A stretch of DNA of 30,922 bases. Source: a virus. Its lineage: Duplodnaviria; Caudoviricetes. The notes under the pieces are model-generated. The model worked only from the letters and a program-made list of their open reading frames with translations. It made no database searches and was not told the origin of the DNA. Shown one piece after another: positions 1-8,077 of the stretch (positions are counted from its first letter, which is position 1; each line of letters starts with the position of its first letter). The stretch lies in the IMG/VR virus record IMGVR_UViG_3300017988_000020, positions 1 to 30,922 of that record, one strand, 5' to 3'. The position numbers were made by a program, and so were the translations under genes.

Positions 1-120
1 CACGCCACCGCCCACGCCGCCTACGCCGCCGCCGACGCCGCCCACGCCACCGCCCACGCCACCGCCGACGCCACCGCACACGCCGCCCACGCCGCCGCCT
101 ACGCCGCCGCCTACGCCGCC
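1..120 (+). repeat. Low-complexity GCC/(T,C,G)AC/ACC codon repeat
   Basis: Directly visible. Related tracts at ~876-963 and 30849-30922. Confidence 0.95.
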
Positions 121-336
121 GTGTTAAAAATCAAAATTTTGTCCCATGGATTAAAACTACTGGAAGCGCAAGGCGGGTTGTTGAAGGCCAAGAATAGCAG
201 CTTGGACATGGTGGACGCTTGTAGTTCTGTGCGGGCTGTCCATGCTTTTAGAGGCAACGCATGCCACTGCTCGCTAAGTTGTAGCCGAAATATCTCGACG
301 AGAAAAAAAAGACTTGACAAGTTAGCACAAGCATGA
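1..336 (+). CDS. 3' part of Ala-rich repeat (Imm5-like) protein, probably continuing the ORF that starts at 30522
   Basis: Frame 1 is open from base 1 (HATAHAAYAAAD...YAAVLKIKILSHGLKLLEAQG) to the stop at 334-336. Same GCC/TAC/CAC/GAC repeat as the window end. Confidence 0.7.
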   Translation, partial: HATAHAAYAAADAAHATAHATADATAHAAHAAAYAAAYAAVLKIKILSHGLKLLEAQGGLLKAKNSSLDMVDACSSVRAVHAFRGNACHCSLSCSRNISTRKKRLDKLAQA

Positions 337-342
337 TATACA
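314..342 (+). promoter_or_regulatory. sigma70-like promoter
   Basis: TTGACA (314-319), 17 nt spacer, TG-n-TATACA (334-342), A-tract upstream. Precedes the ORF at 419. Confidence 0.6.
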
Positions 343-418
343 AGTAGTATAGCGCAGGACGCAGGACAGCCGGAGGCCCCGCGATTTAAGCGGTAAAATC
401 TAAGTAAAAAGAGGGATT

Positions 419-757
419 ATGACCAAGAAAACGAAACACACGCCGGGACCGTGGAGATACTGTAAGAGCCGCAGCGGTGATGAGGCGGTGTACGGTGTGA
501 TGGAGCTTGACCGCGCTGATGGCAGCAGGCTGATAACCGTACATACGGGAAACTTTTTCAAACGGGGGTGCTACTCTGGCGAAGCCGCCGCCGAGGCAGA
601 AGCGAATGCCCGCCTAATCGCCGCCGCGCCGGAATTGCTTGGGGAGTTGAGACGGATAAAAGCCGCGCTTGAAGACGGCGAAGCGCTGACACAAGAGGGG
701 ATAGAGGACATGCACACCATAGCCTGCGTTGCCATAGCCAAAGCGGAGGGGAAATAA
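419..757 (+). CDS. Conserved phage hypothetical protein (HTPGPW...ANARLIAAAPELL family)
   Basis: Common phage early-gene motif, GAGGG RBS, TAATG overlap with the next gene. Confidence 0.85.
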   Translation: MTKKTKHTPGPWRYCKSRSGDEAVYGVMELDRADGSRLITVHTGNFFKRGCYSGEAAAEAEANARLIAAAPELLGELRRIKAALEDGEALTQEGIEDMHTIACVAIAKAEGK

Positions 758-1254
758 TGTCCGGCACTATTTCGGACGGTAAAAACAAGGCCAAGTTGTC
801 GCCGGAATTTATCGAGATGCTGAACGAAAGCGGCGATGTTTTCAAGTTGGTGGCATCCGCGCTGGAAACGGAACGCGCCGCCGCCGCCGCCCACGCCGCC
901 CACGCCGCCCACGCCGCCGCCGACGCCACCCACGCCACCGCCTACGCCGCCGCCTACGCCGCCGTGTTAAAAATCAAAATTTTGCGCTATGGAGTAAAAC
1001 TACTGGAAGCGCAAGGCGAGGAGGGAAAGGCTGAGGAACGGGCAAAGTATGCGAAGGTGGTGGAGGCGGCGGCAAAGGTCCTAGACCTAATTGAATGCAC
1101 GGCTTGTGGAGATTTTAAAAATCCGGGATGCAATGCAAAAAACAAGCATCGTTCTTGCCCGAAGAACACCCTTAAATCCGCGCTGGCGAAACTGGAGGAG
1201 AAATCCAATTTAAATCTTGTCCCCGTCGAGGGAGAGGTGAAGGATGGAAAATAA
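757..1254 (+). CDS. Chimeric hypothetical protein with Ala repeat and duplicated VLKIKIL..G.KLLEAQG helix
   Basis: Coupled start. About 75 nt near-identical to 100-175. Cys-containing C-terminal part. Confidence 0.75.
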   Translation: MSGTISDGKNKAKLSPEFIEMLNESGDVFKLVASALETERAAAAAHAAHAAHAAADATHATAYAAAYAAVLKIKILRYGVKLLEAQGEEGKAEERAKYAKVVEAAAKVLDLIECTACGDFKNPGCNAKNKHRSCPKNTLKSALAKLEEKSNLNLVPVEGEVKDGK

Positions 1255-1453
1255 AATCAAAGTTGGAGATGTCTGGCTTATCGCCGGTGGCTGCTGTCAG
1301 GATTTGGTGCAAGTAATCGAGGTTATCGAGGGTGGTAACTGGGGTTATATCGGGATTTCCGTTGACTGCTCTGACCATCCGGGCGTTAGCGGATACATGT
1401 CTTTTAATGAGGATCATCTTGTGAGGAAAATCGAGGGAGCCGATGGAAAATAA
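1244..1453 (+). CDS. Small hypothetical protein
   Basis: RBS GAGGTGAAGG, overlaps both neighbours, KIKVGD N-terminus typical of small phage beta proteins. Confidence 0.7.
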   Translation: MENKIKVGDVWLIAGGCCQDLVQVIEVIEGGNWGYIGISVDCSDHPGVSGYMSFNEDHLVRKIEGADGK

Positions 1454-1505
1454 ACCGAAGCTGTGCAAGGATTGTGCGCATGTCTCGCTATGGGAGGGCA
1501 AGTAA

Positions 1506-1589
1506 ATGTGCTACGTCTGGCTTGTTACTGGCTTTGTGATTGGTGCGGTCGCTATGGGTATCTGCGCAGCCGGCGGGAGGCGGCTGTGA
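1506..1589 (+). CDS. 27-aa single-TM peptide (MCYVWLVTGFVIGAVAMGICAAGGRRL)
   Basis: Manual translation. GGAGGG RBS upstream, hydrophobic core with basic tail, TGA overlaps the GTG start at 1586. Confidence 0.55.
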   Translation: MCYVWLVTGFVIGAVAMGICAAGGRRL

Positions 1590-1915
1590 ATCCTGCGGAA
1601 TTGCTTGCGGGAGATTCAGCAGCCTGGGCCGTTTGTGGCCAGTATCTCGCACATAATCGCTCGCGCATAAATTCTGCATTCCAAGACGACTTTGACGAGC
1701 TTATCCCGCAGGTCATTCTGTATTGTGCAAATCGATACAATCCAGAGCGCGGCACGTTTAATAATTTTTTGCTACTGGTGATGCAGAGCCGATTGCGGAA
1801 CCGGATGAAGCAAGTCCGGGCCAAACGCGTTATATTGGCTAATTTTGCGGATAAAGCGATCATACATCGCGGGCGCAGGGTGAGGCATGTGCGATTTGAT
1901 ACTGACGAGCTTTAG
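1586..1915 (+). CDS. Sigma-factor region-2-like protein with no region 4, candidate late sigma factor
   Basis: DDFDELIPQVILYCANRYNPERGTFNNFLLLVMQSRLRN resembles sigma70 regions 2.2-2.4. GTG start with GGAGG at 1576-1580 is preferred over the ORF-track start at 1463. Confidence 0.65.
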   Translation: MNPAELLAGDSAAWAVCGQYLAHNRSRINSAFQDDFDELIPQVILYCANRYNPERGTFNNFLLLVMQSRLRNRMKQVRAKRVILANFADKAIIHRGRRVRHVRFDTDEL

Positions 1916-1940
1916 CTTTTTTCGGGCCAAAATGAAAAAT

Positions 1941-1966
1941 GCCGGGGAACCATCCCCCGGCACTTT
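1941..1966. terminator. Bidirectional intrinsic terminator between convergent genes
   Basis: GCCGGGG/CCCCGGC stem with an A-run on the left and T-rich sequence on the right. Confidence 0.7.
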
Positions 1967-1992
1967 ACGTTTTTCGGGCCAATCGGGCCAAC

Positions 1993-2199
1993 CTATTGCC
2001 ACCTCAGGCAAGGGCAATCAGGAAAGCTATTCTGCAATAGCGCCCGGTACGCCAGCCGCGGCGCGGATGCCGCGTATATCCATTTCCGGATAGTATTTAA
2101 TGGGGCGGGGACCGCCGACGCAAATGTAGCATCGGACAGCCCTTTGCTTTTGAGCCATGCGCGGAGTTCCGCTCTGCGGGCTTTGATTTCATCATTCAT
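1993..2199 (-). CDS. XRE/Cro-like HTH transcriptional regulator
   Basis: LRAWLKSKGLSDATFASAVPAPLNTIRKW fits an HTH pattern. GGAG RBS on the minus strand. Only credible minus-strand gene. Confidence 0.75.
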   Translation of the reverse strand: MNDEIKARRAELRAWLKSKGLSDATFASAVPAPLNTIRKWIYAASAPRLAYRALLQNSFPDCPCLRWQ

Positions 2200-2320
2200 T
2201 CTATTTCTCCCGATTGATTTTTACTTCTATCGCCCGGCGTTCACGCCGCCGGGACACAGAAGCAAAAACTATATTTTAAATCCTCCCATATCCTCTATAT
2301 CCCGGTGTCAAAAGGTGCAA

Positions 2321-2370
2321 CGTAACTTTTGTGTAACTCTTGCGTAACTTTTACATTACATTTTTGTAAT
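2321..2370. repeat. 11-bp phased GTAAC direct repeats (putative operators)
   Basis: CGTAACTTTTG, TGTAACTCTTG, CGTAACTTTTA, with cores at 2322, 2333, 2344 and GTAAT at 2366. Confidence 0.75.
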
Positions 2371-2410
2371 GGAGGGAGGGATAGATATAGAGGGGGGGGA
2401 GGGCTAGCTA

Positions 2411-2423
2411 TTGTATATTTTAT
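2411..2423 (+). promoter_or_regulatory. Putative late promoter TTGTATATTnTA, copy 1
   Basis: TTGTATATTTTAT immediately before the terS ATG. Recurs at 6391, 14855 and 19003. Confidence 0.7.
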
Positions 2424-2912
2424 ATGCTAAATCTAAGGCGGGAAAAATTTTGTAGGGAGTATATCAAAGACTTAAATGCGACTCAGGCGGGGATTCGTGC
2501 CGGATTTTCTGCGAAAACTGCGTATGCCATCGCCGGGAAATTATTGAAAAATGATGAAATCCAAGCGCGCATTTCGGAATTATCGAAATCCTCGATGGAA
2601 AAATGCGAGATCACGACGGAGTATATCTTGCGCGGGATTAAAAAAATAGCTGAAATGTGCGCGGAGCCGCTTGATTATAAAGAAAATCCCATTAGCGGAA
2701 AGCCATCCCATCGCGCCGCAGCGGATGCGCAGGCTGCCCTCCGCGCATTGGAGCTGCTCGGAAAATATAAATCTCTTTTCGCGCAAGAGAAAAAAACTAT
2801 TTCCATCGATGGTAGCCCCGAGGGGGGACTGCATATCCAAATAATTGAGGATACTTATTCGCCGAGGGAAAAATCAAAAATCCCCGACGACACTAGAGAG
2901 CAGGCCGCATGA
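2424..2912 (+). CDS. terS: Terminase small subunit
   Basis: FCREYIKDLNATQAGIRAGFSAKTA...KLLK is the Terminase_2 signature. ALELLGK motif. Upstream of terL. Confidence 0.95.
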   Translation: MLNLRREKFCREYIKDLNATQAGIRAGFSAKTAYAIAGKLLKNDEIQARISELSKSSMEKCEITTEYILRGIKKIAEMCAEPLDYKENPISGKPSHRAAADAQAALRALELLGKYKSLFAQEKKTISIDGSPEGGLHIQIIEDTYSPREKSKIPDDTREQAA

Positions 2913-4219
2913 GCGCTATCATCCGCGTCAGTTTGACCGCCGCTCAGCGCGATATCCTCGCCGCAAAAAAACGCTTTACGCTCATCCGCGCCGGGCGAAG
3001 ATTTGGCAAGACGTGGCTGGCACTGTATTGGCTAATCAAAATGGGATTGACTCATCCGGGAGCGGTGTGTTGGTTTGTGGGGCCGGATTTAAAACAGCCC
3101 CGCGAAGTCGCGCTGCCTGCGCTCAAAGCTCTGCTGCCGACTGGGATATGGATCGAGCATAAGCAGGATATGTATCTCGCGTTTCCGAATGGGGCAAAAA
3201 TATTTTTCAAAACGTGCGATAGCATGGATGCACTGCGGGGACGTGCGATTGATTTTCTGGTGTGCGAGGAATTCGCATTTTGGAAGCACTCGGAGGAGCT
3301 GTGGTACAAAATCCTGCGCCCGCAACTCATCGATCGGCGCGGCTCCGCAATGATTATTAGCTCTCCTAATGGTTGCAACACTTTTAAGCGATTAGAGGAG
3401 GATGGACGCACTGATGCAGAGTGGTCGATTCATCACTACAATATCCGCGATAATCCCTACCTGCCCGCCGCCGAAATCGCCGCGCTGCAAGCGTCTTGCT
3501 CTGATGATGATTGGGCGCAAGAGTACATGGCGGAGTATCTTGAGTGGTCGGGATTGATCTATTATGAGTTTAATCCGCAAAAACACGTCAGCGGTCAGCC
3601 CCATGGCGACATCAAGTACACCGTGCGCGGCATGGACTGGGGCATTGCAGATGAGACTGGCTGCGCGATCATCCACGTCCTCGGAAATGATGCGCTGTAC
3701 GTCGCCGACGAGTACACCGCTAATAATACGCCCATCCCGGATATCTGCGCCGACATAAAAAAAATGCCATACAGCCCGCGAGCAACCATCATGGACAGCA
3801 GCGCCTGGCGGCGCGAGAGCGACATGCAGAGCGTTGCCGCCCGCTTCCACCAGTCAGGGATTGATTTAATTCCCGGAACTCGCGACCTCCAAACCTCAAT
3901 CTCCGACGTTAAGATGCTCATAAAACTGGGTAAGCTCATTGTCGCGCCCCGATGCAAAAACATCATCCGTCATTTGCAGGGATGGAATTTCGGCGAGCAT
4001 GAGCCGGATATTCTCGCGGCTATGCGGTATGGGTTGGCTTTTTTAATCGCCAAGGGCGCGGTGTCCATGCCGCGCGTTCCTAAGCCCGCGCCGGAAATCA
4101 AGACGAACCCAAACGGCTGGATGAGCATGAAGGAGATGGACGCATTTGAGTCAAAAATAAAGGAGCGGCAAAAGCCGAGCTTCACTTTTTCCGTCGTAAA
4201 TCCAAATAGAGGATGGTAA
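2909..4219 (+). CDS. terL: Terminase large subunit
   Basis: Walker A AGRRFGKT, LRG...FLVCEE Walker B, ISSPNG motif III, nuclease GMDWG. Confidence 0.95.
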   Translation: MSAIIRVSLTAAQRDILAAKKRFTLIRAGRRFGKTWLALYWLIKMGLTHPGAVCWFVGPDLKQPREVALPALKALLPTGIWIEHKQDMYLAFPNGAKIFFKTCDSMDALRGRAIDFLVCEEFAFWKHSEELWYKILRPQLIDRRGSAMIISSPNGCNTFKRLEEDGRTDAEWSIHHYNIRDNPYLPAAEIAALQASCSDDDWAQEYMAEYLEWSGLIYYEFNPQKHVSGQPHGDIKYTVRGMDWGIADETGCAIIHVLGNDALYVADEYTANNTPIPDICADIKKMPYSPRATIMDSSAWRRESDMQSVAARFHQSGIDLIPGTRDLQTSISDVKMLIKLGKLIVAPRCKNIIRHLQGWNFGEHEPDILAAMRYGLAFLIAKGAVSMPRVPKPAPEIKTNPNGWMSMKEMDAFESKIKERQKPSFTFSVVNPNRGW

Positions 4220-4220
4220 C

Positions 4221-6140
4221 ATGGCTATAAAAAAAACTGAACGCAATAAATCAATCTGCGACGAGGTTTTGGACAAGCAGAAAACCTACGAAGGCAAGAT
4301 GATGTACCGTCTGTCCGAGTGGTCAGAGCTCGGCGCGCTGCTACTCGGAAAAGAGTCAACCGTTCGCGGCGAGAACACAAAGCCGGTGCAGAACTGCGCC
4401 GAGCTACTCAAGGCCAACCGCGCACTGACCGCCATGAGCTATCGCATGCTGACCAGCCAGCGGCCCTTTTTTGAGCTTGAGGCCAACGACGTGATGGGCC
4501 ATCAGGACCCGCGCAGTTTGGTCTACGGCGAGCAATACGTCCAGCAGCAGCTTGAGCTGTCCAATTATAACAATAAACTCTACAAAGCGCTCTACAACAC
4601 ATGGCTTTATGGTACCGGCGTTGTCCACGAGCCGTACGAGCCACTCAAGACAACCTTCCTCGGCGCGCCGCGCTCCTGCACGCAGTTCAACGTCGTGCCG
4701 CTTATCAACTGCGCGTTTTCTCTCGATGCCTACGATATCAGCGAGAGCGCATGGATGTGCCTGTCGGATATCACGTCAAAGCAATACGCCGAGGCGATAA
4801 AGCGCACTGACCCCAAAGGCAAGATTTATGACCTGTCCGAGGTGCAAAAGGCGCTGGACGAAACCTACAATCCCGGCGGCGATGCTAACATGTGGGTTAA
4901 GCAGCGTCTTGCATGGTCTGGCTATTTTGACACCACTTTCCGCAACGGCTTAGAGGTTACGACCTATTACGGGCCGCTGGATGCAAAGTATGACGGCGAA
5001 AACTATATCGTCTGTATACTCAACCGGACGCATTTAATTCGTTGTGAGCGGTTTATAGGCTTGCCGCCTGTGCGCGTTGCCACAATCAACAATCTGGACG
5101 TGGAGCCGCTCGGCAATGGCATCGGCACGTTGTTCCGCCCGCTGCTAAAAGAGATGGACGACACGCGGGCGGCGTTGTTAGATACGGTGCGCTTTGCCGG
5201 GGCGAATATGTTCGCTAAGTCCAAGAGCGTAGGTCAAGAGGATAGCGCGTGGACGATGCGGCCTTTCGGCATCGTGGAAATGGATGGGCAGCTAACGCCG
5301 TTGCAGCCCGCGCCCGCAACATTGGGCGTATTGGGCGGCGAGTATAACGCGCTTGTACAAGAGTTCCGGCAAGCGTCTGGTGCGACCGATACGCTACAGG
5401 CAATGGTGCAGGGTGATTCCGCGACGGCGACCGAGGTATCACTGGCGATGAACGAGGCCGTCCGCAATATCTCCGTTACGTCTGAACTGCTTGCTGGCCC
5501 ATTCGTCCGCGACCACATCAAGGTTATCCTGCAAAACTGCTTCCGGTACCAGGACAAGCCGGTAACGCTCAACATTGGCAAAACGCCCGTAACTGTGGAG
5601 CCGACGCTGATCAAAGTGGACTATAATGTCCGCGTCAAGACCATGACCGACCAGGATTTCCGGCCCTCCAAAATCAATCATCTGCTGCAAGCTCTGCAAA
5701 TCATGAATAGCGTACCGCCCAATGCTATCAACGGCTACAAGGTCTCCGTGGCGCCGACGTTTATAGAGCTGCTCAAGACCATGCAAGTGCCGGACTGGGA
5801 AAAGAGCGTGCAGCCGATAACCGAGGCCGATATGCTCCGCATGAACGTGATGGCGCAGATGGCGAACCCGCAGCCGCAGCAAGCCGCAGGGCCGCAGGAT
5901 GGCGCAAGCCAGATACCCGCCGGAGAGCAGCGCATAGCCGCCGGAAAGCCCGGACGCAGGGAACAGCGCGGCATTAACCGCGGCAACAACATGCAGGATA
6001 TCGGCGCGGCACAGACTTCCATCGTCCCCGGAGGCCAGCAGGTGCTACAGGCTCCCGGAGATACCGCAATGACCTCGCAGGCGATACGCTCAAGCGTACC
6101 GAGCCTGCCGCAGCAGCAAATCCCCCCGAGGAGCAAATAA
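4221..6140 (+). CDS. Portal protein (P22-like)
   Basis: Follows terL, 639 aa, YGTG and TATEV motifs, Q/P-rich C-terminal tail. Confidence 0.85.
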   Translation: MAIKKTERNKSICDEVLDKQKTYEGKMMYRLSEWSELGALLLGKESTVRGENTKPVQNCAELLKANRALTAMSYRMLTSQRPFFELEANDVMGHQDPRSLVYGEQYVQQQLELSNYNNKLYKALYNTWLYGTGVVHEPYEPLKTTFLGAPRSCTQFNVVPLINCAFSLDAYDISESAWMCLSDITSKQYAEAIKRTDPKGKIYDLSEVQKALDETYNPGGDANMWVKQRLAWSGYFDTTFRNGLEVTTYYGPLDAKYDGENYIVCILNRTHLIRCERFIGLPPVRVATINNLDVEPLGNGIGTLFRPLLKEMDDTRAALLDTVRFAGANMFAKSKSVGQEDSAWTMRPFGIVEMDGQLTPLQPAPATLGVLGGEYNALVQEFRQASGATDTLQAMVQGDSATATEVSLAMNEAVRNISVTSELLAGPFVRDHIKVILQNCFRYQDKPVTLNIGKTPVTVEPTLIKVDYNVRVKTMTDQDFRPSKINHLLQALQIMNSVPPNAINGYKVSVAPTFIELLKTMQVPDWEKSVQPITEADMLRMNVMAQMANPQPQQAAGPQDGASQIPAGEQRIAAGKPGRREQRGINRGNNMQDIGAAQTSIVPGGQQVLQAPGDTAMTSQAIRSSVPSLPQQQIPPRSK

Positions 6141-6383
6141 ATGCCCCAGAATATACCGCTTATCAACAAAGAGGCCGTAGAACGCGCCGTCCGCGTTAAC
6201 AATTTCATGGGCCAGCTTATGGCAAATGAACTGTTCCGCGAATATCTCAAGGAATTGGAAAAAATAAAGCAGGAAGTGCTATACAATTCCTACGCGGACA
6301 AGGGCAATGCTGACCGCATCATAGGCCTTTGCCACGGCCTTGATATTGCGTTGAATCTGCACAAAAGATACGAGCGCAAATAA
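6141..6383 (+). CDS. Small helical head-module protein
   Basis: Abuts the portal stop, a position common in podoviruses. Confidence 0.75.
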   Translation: MPQNIPLINKEAVERAVRVNNFMGQLMANELFREYLKELEKIKQEVLYNSYADKGNADRIIGLCHGLDIALNLHKRYERK

Positions 6384-6390
6384 CCAACTA

Positions 6391-6403
6391 TTGTATATTG
6401 TAT
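6391..6403 (+). promoter_or_regulatory. Putative late promoter, copy 2
   Basis: TTGTATATTGTAT in the intergenic gap upstream of scaffold and capsid. Confidence 0.7.
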
Positions 6404-6433
6404 AAGCCGCCAATTTAAAAGCGAGGTAACACA

Positions 6434-7096
6434 ATGACCGATACTGAGATTAAGACCGCCGCCGCCGCGACCGCCCAGAAGGCCGCAGAAGTGAAAGCGG
6501 GGCAGCCTGGACAAGCCGGAACGCCTGCGAATGACAATAAGAGCGCCGAGAGCGCCGAACTGAACGCGACCTCTAAAGCGAATTTCGCGTTTATAAAACT
6601 CCGTCAGGAGCGGTCCGCTCTCAAAAAAGAGAATGCCGAGCTTAAAGCCAGAGGCACCACCGGACAGGCAGCGAGCGCCGCCGATGGGAAGGACGTGGAA
6701 GCCGAAATATCTCGCCGTGTCGCGCAGGAAGTGGAAAAGGAAACGCATAAACTGTCCATAGCGGGCAAAGAGGAGAAAGCCCTGTCAGACCTTGCCAGTG
6801 ATGCAGAGATATCCGCGCTGCCTTCGGGCGTGATGGATGTCATTGACCTGGTGGATTCCGATAGCCGCCTTTCCAGATTGTATGCCGTGGACCCAGAAGT
6901 TGCCATTTCCGAAGCCCGGAAACTCTATAAGGCCAGAAAGGGAATCACCTCAACCACCGTGCCAGTAGATCGCACTCCGACCGCTAAACTTACTGTAGCA
7001 GACGCGAAAGATAAGCAGGCCATACTCGCAAAGATGTCAAAGCTTCAACCCACGTCCAAAGCGTGGAAAGAGCTATACAAACAGCTCAAATCTTAA
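6434..7096 (+). CDS. Capsid scaffolding protein
   Basis: Charged coiled-coil protein directly before the major capsid gene. GAGGT RBS. Confidence 0.75.
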   Translation: MTDTEIKTAAAATAQKAAEVKAGQPGQAGTPANDNKSAESAELNATSKANFAFIKLRQERSALKKENAELKARGTTGQAASAADGKDVEAEISRRVAQEVEKETHKLSIAGKEEKALSDLASDAEISALPSGVMDVIDLVDSDSRLSRLYAVDPEVAISEARKLYKARKGITSTTVPVDRTPTAKLTVADAKDKQAILAKMSKLQPTSKAWKELYKQLKS

Positions 7097-7114
7097 TCTC
7101 ACGGAGTTATCACC

Positions 7115-8008
7115 ATGTCGGATACAATATTTAACGAACTGCCAGCGCAGGCTAGCGACCCTGCGTATGGCGTAGCAAGTCAGGTATTCGCCGCTGATTA
7201 CATCAAGGCACTGTATGACCATGTAGGCGCGTGGCAGCATACCCGCAACGAAACTGCCGAGGTTACCGCCTACGGGCAGAAAGTAACGCTGGCTTCCATG
7301 CCGCGTCTGACTGTCGTAAGCATTGACCCTACGACCTCCGCACTGACCGGCAACACGCAGCAGATAACCGCCGCGGTGGTTACTGTCGACCAGTACAAAG
7401 GCGTTCCGTTCAAGCTGGACTGGGCGACGCAGGTACAGTCCCGCGTGGACCTTCCTGCCGCGTTTTCTGTCAACGCCGCCGATGCGATATCGTCCAACAT
7501 GGACCTGCGTCTCGCGGTTCTCGCGCAGTCGCTGACCACGAACAGCGTCGGCTCTCTCGGCTCCAATCTCACGGAGGCCGTGCTGGACACCGCCATCGGC
7601 AAGCTGGTGCAGAATCACGTCCCGCTGGAAAACCCGGAAGACCTTGTATGGGTGCTTCCCGGCAGCCAGTGGTCCACCGTCAAGCAGCTGACCGCCTCTT
7701 ATGCGACCAATTACCGCATAATCAAGGGCATGGACGGCGATGGCAACGAAAAGGACATCCAGCTGCGCGTGGAAACCCTCCACAGCATCCCGATATTCTG
7801 GAAAACCGATACTTCGATGGCGGTTTCCGGCGGGCAGGTGGGTGGACTGTTCTACCGCGATTGCGTCGGCACCGCAATCCAGCGCAACCCCGCGCTCAAA
7901 GGGCCGTTCCCGATGACCGGCTACGCAGCGGACCAGATAGTCGCATGGTCCCTGTACGGCATGAACATCATCAAGGACCCCGTAGGCTGCCAGATTCTTA
8001 CCGTGTAG
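7115..8008 (+). CDS. Major capsid protein (HK97 fold, P22-coat-like)
   Basis: Position, size, G.KVT and VTVDQYK elements, C-terminal SLYG strand, strong codon bias, followed by a hairpin. Confidence 0.85.
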   Translation: MSDTIFNELPAQASDPAYGVASQVFAADYIKALYDHVGAWQHTRNETAEVTAYGQKVTLASMPRLTVVSIDPTTSALTGNTQQITAAVVTVDQYKGVPFKLDWATQVQSRVDLPAAFSVNAADAISSNMDLRLAVLAQSLTTNSVGSLGSNLTEAVLDTAIGKLVQNHVPLENPEDLVWVLPGSQWSTVKQLTASYATNYRIIKGMDGDGNEKDIQLRVETLHSIPIFWKTDTSMAVSGGQVGGLFYRDCVGTAIQRNPALKGPFPMTGYAADQIVAWSLYGMNIIKDPVGCQILTV

Positions 8009-8021
8009 CGGCTCCTCCGTT

Positions 8022-8061
8022 CCCTCCCCTGCTTCTCTCCGGCGGGGGAGGGTTCATACTT
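8022..8061 (+). terminator. GC hairpin after the capsid gene (terminator or mRNA stabiliser)
   Basis: CCCTCCCCTGC (8022-8032) pairs with GCGGGGGAGGG (8042-8052). U-tract is weak. Confidence 0.6.
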
Positions 8062-8077
8062 CCAAGGCGGTGTAAAA

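Noticed and set aside
558-938. Gly/Ala-rich minus-strand ORFs here and at 30657-30887
   Set aside because: Antisense shadows of the GCC repeats.
100-1018. DGR template/variable repeat pair
   Set aside because: The four mismatches in the unique part (T/C, C/G, C/T, T/G) are not adenine-specific on either strand, and no reverse transcriptase is present.
1463-1585. ORF-track start for the sigma-like gene
   Set aside because: This interval is occupied by two coupled mini-ORFs, and GTG 1586 has a GGAGG RBS and a stop overlap.
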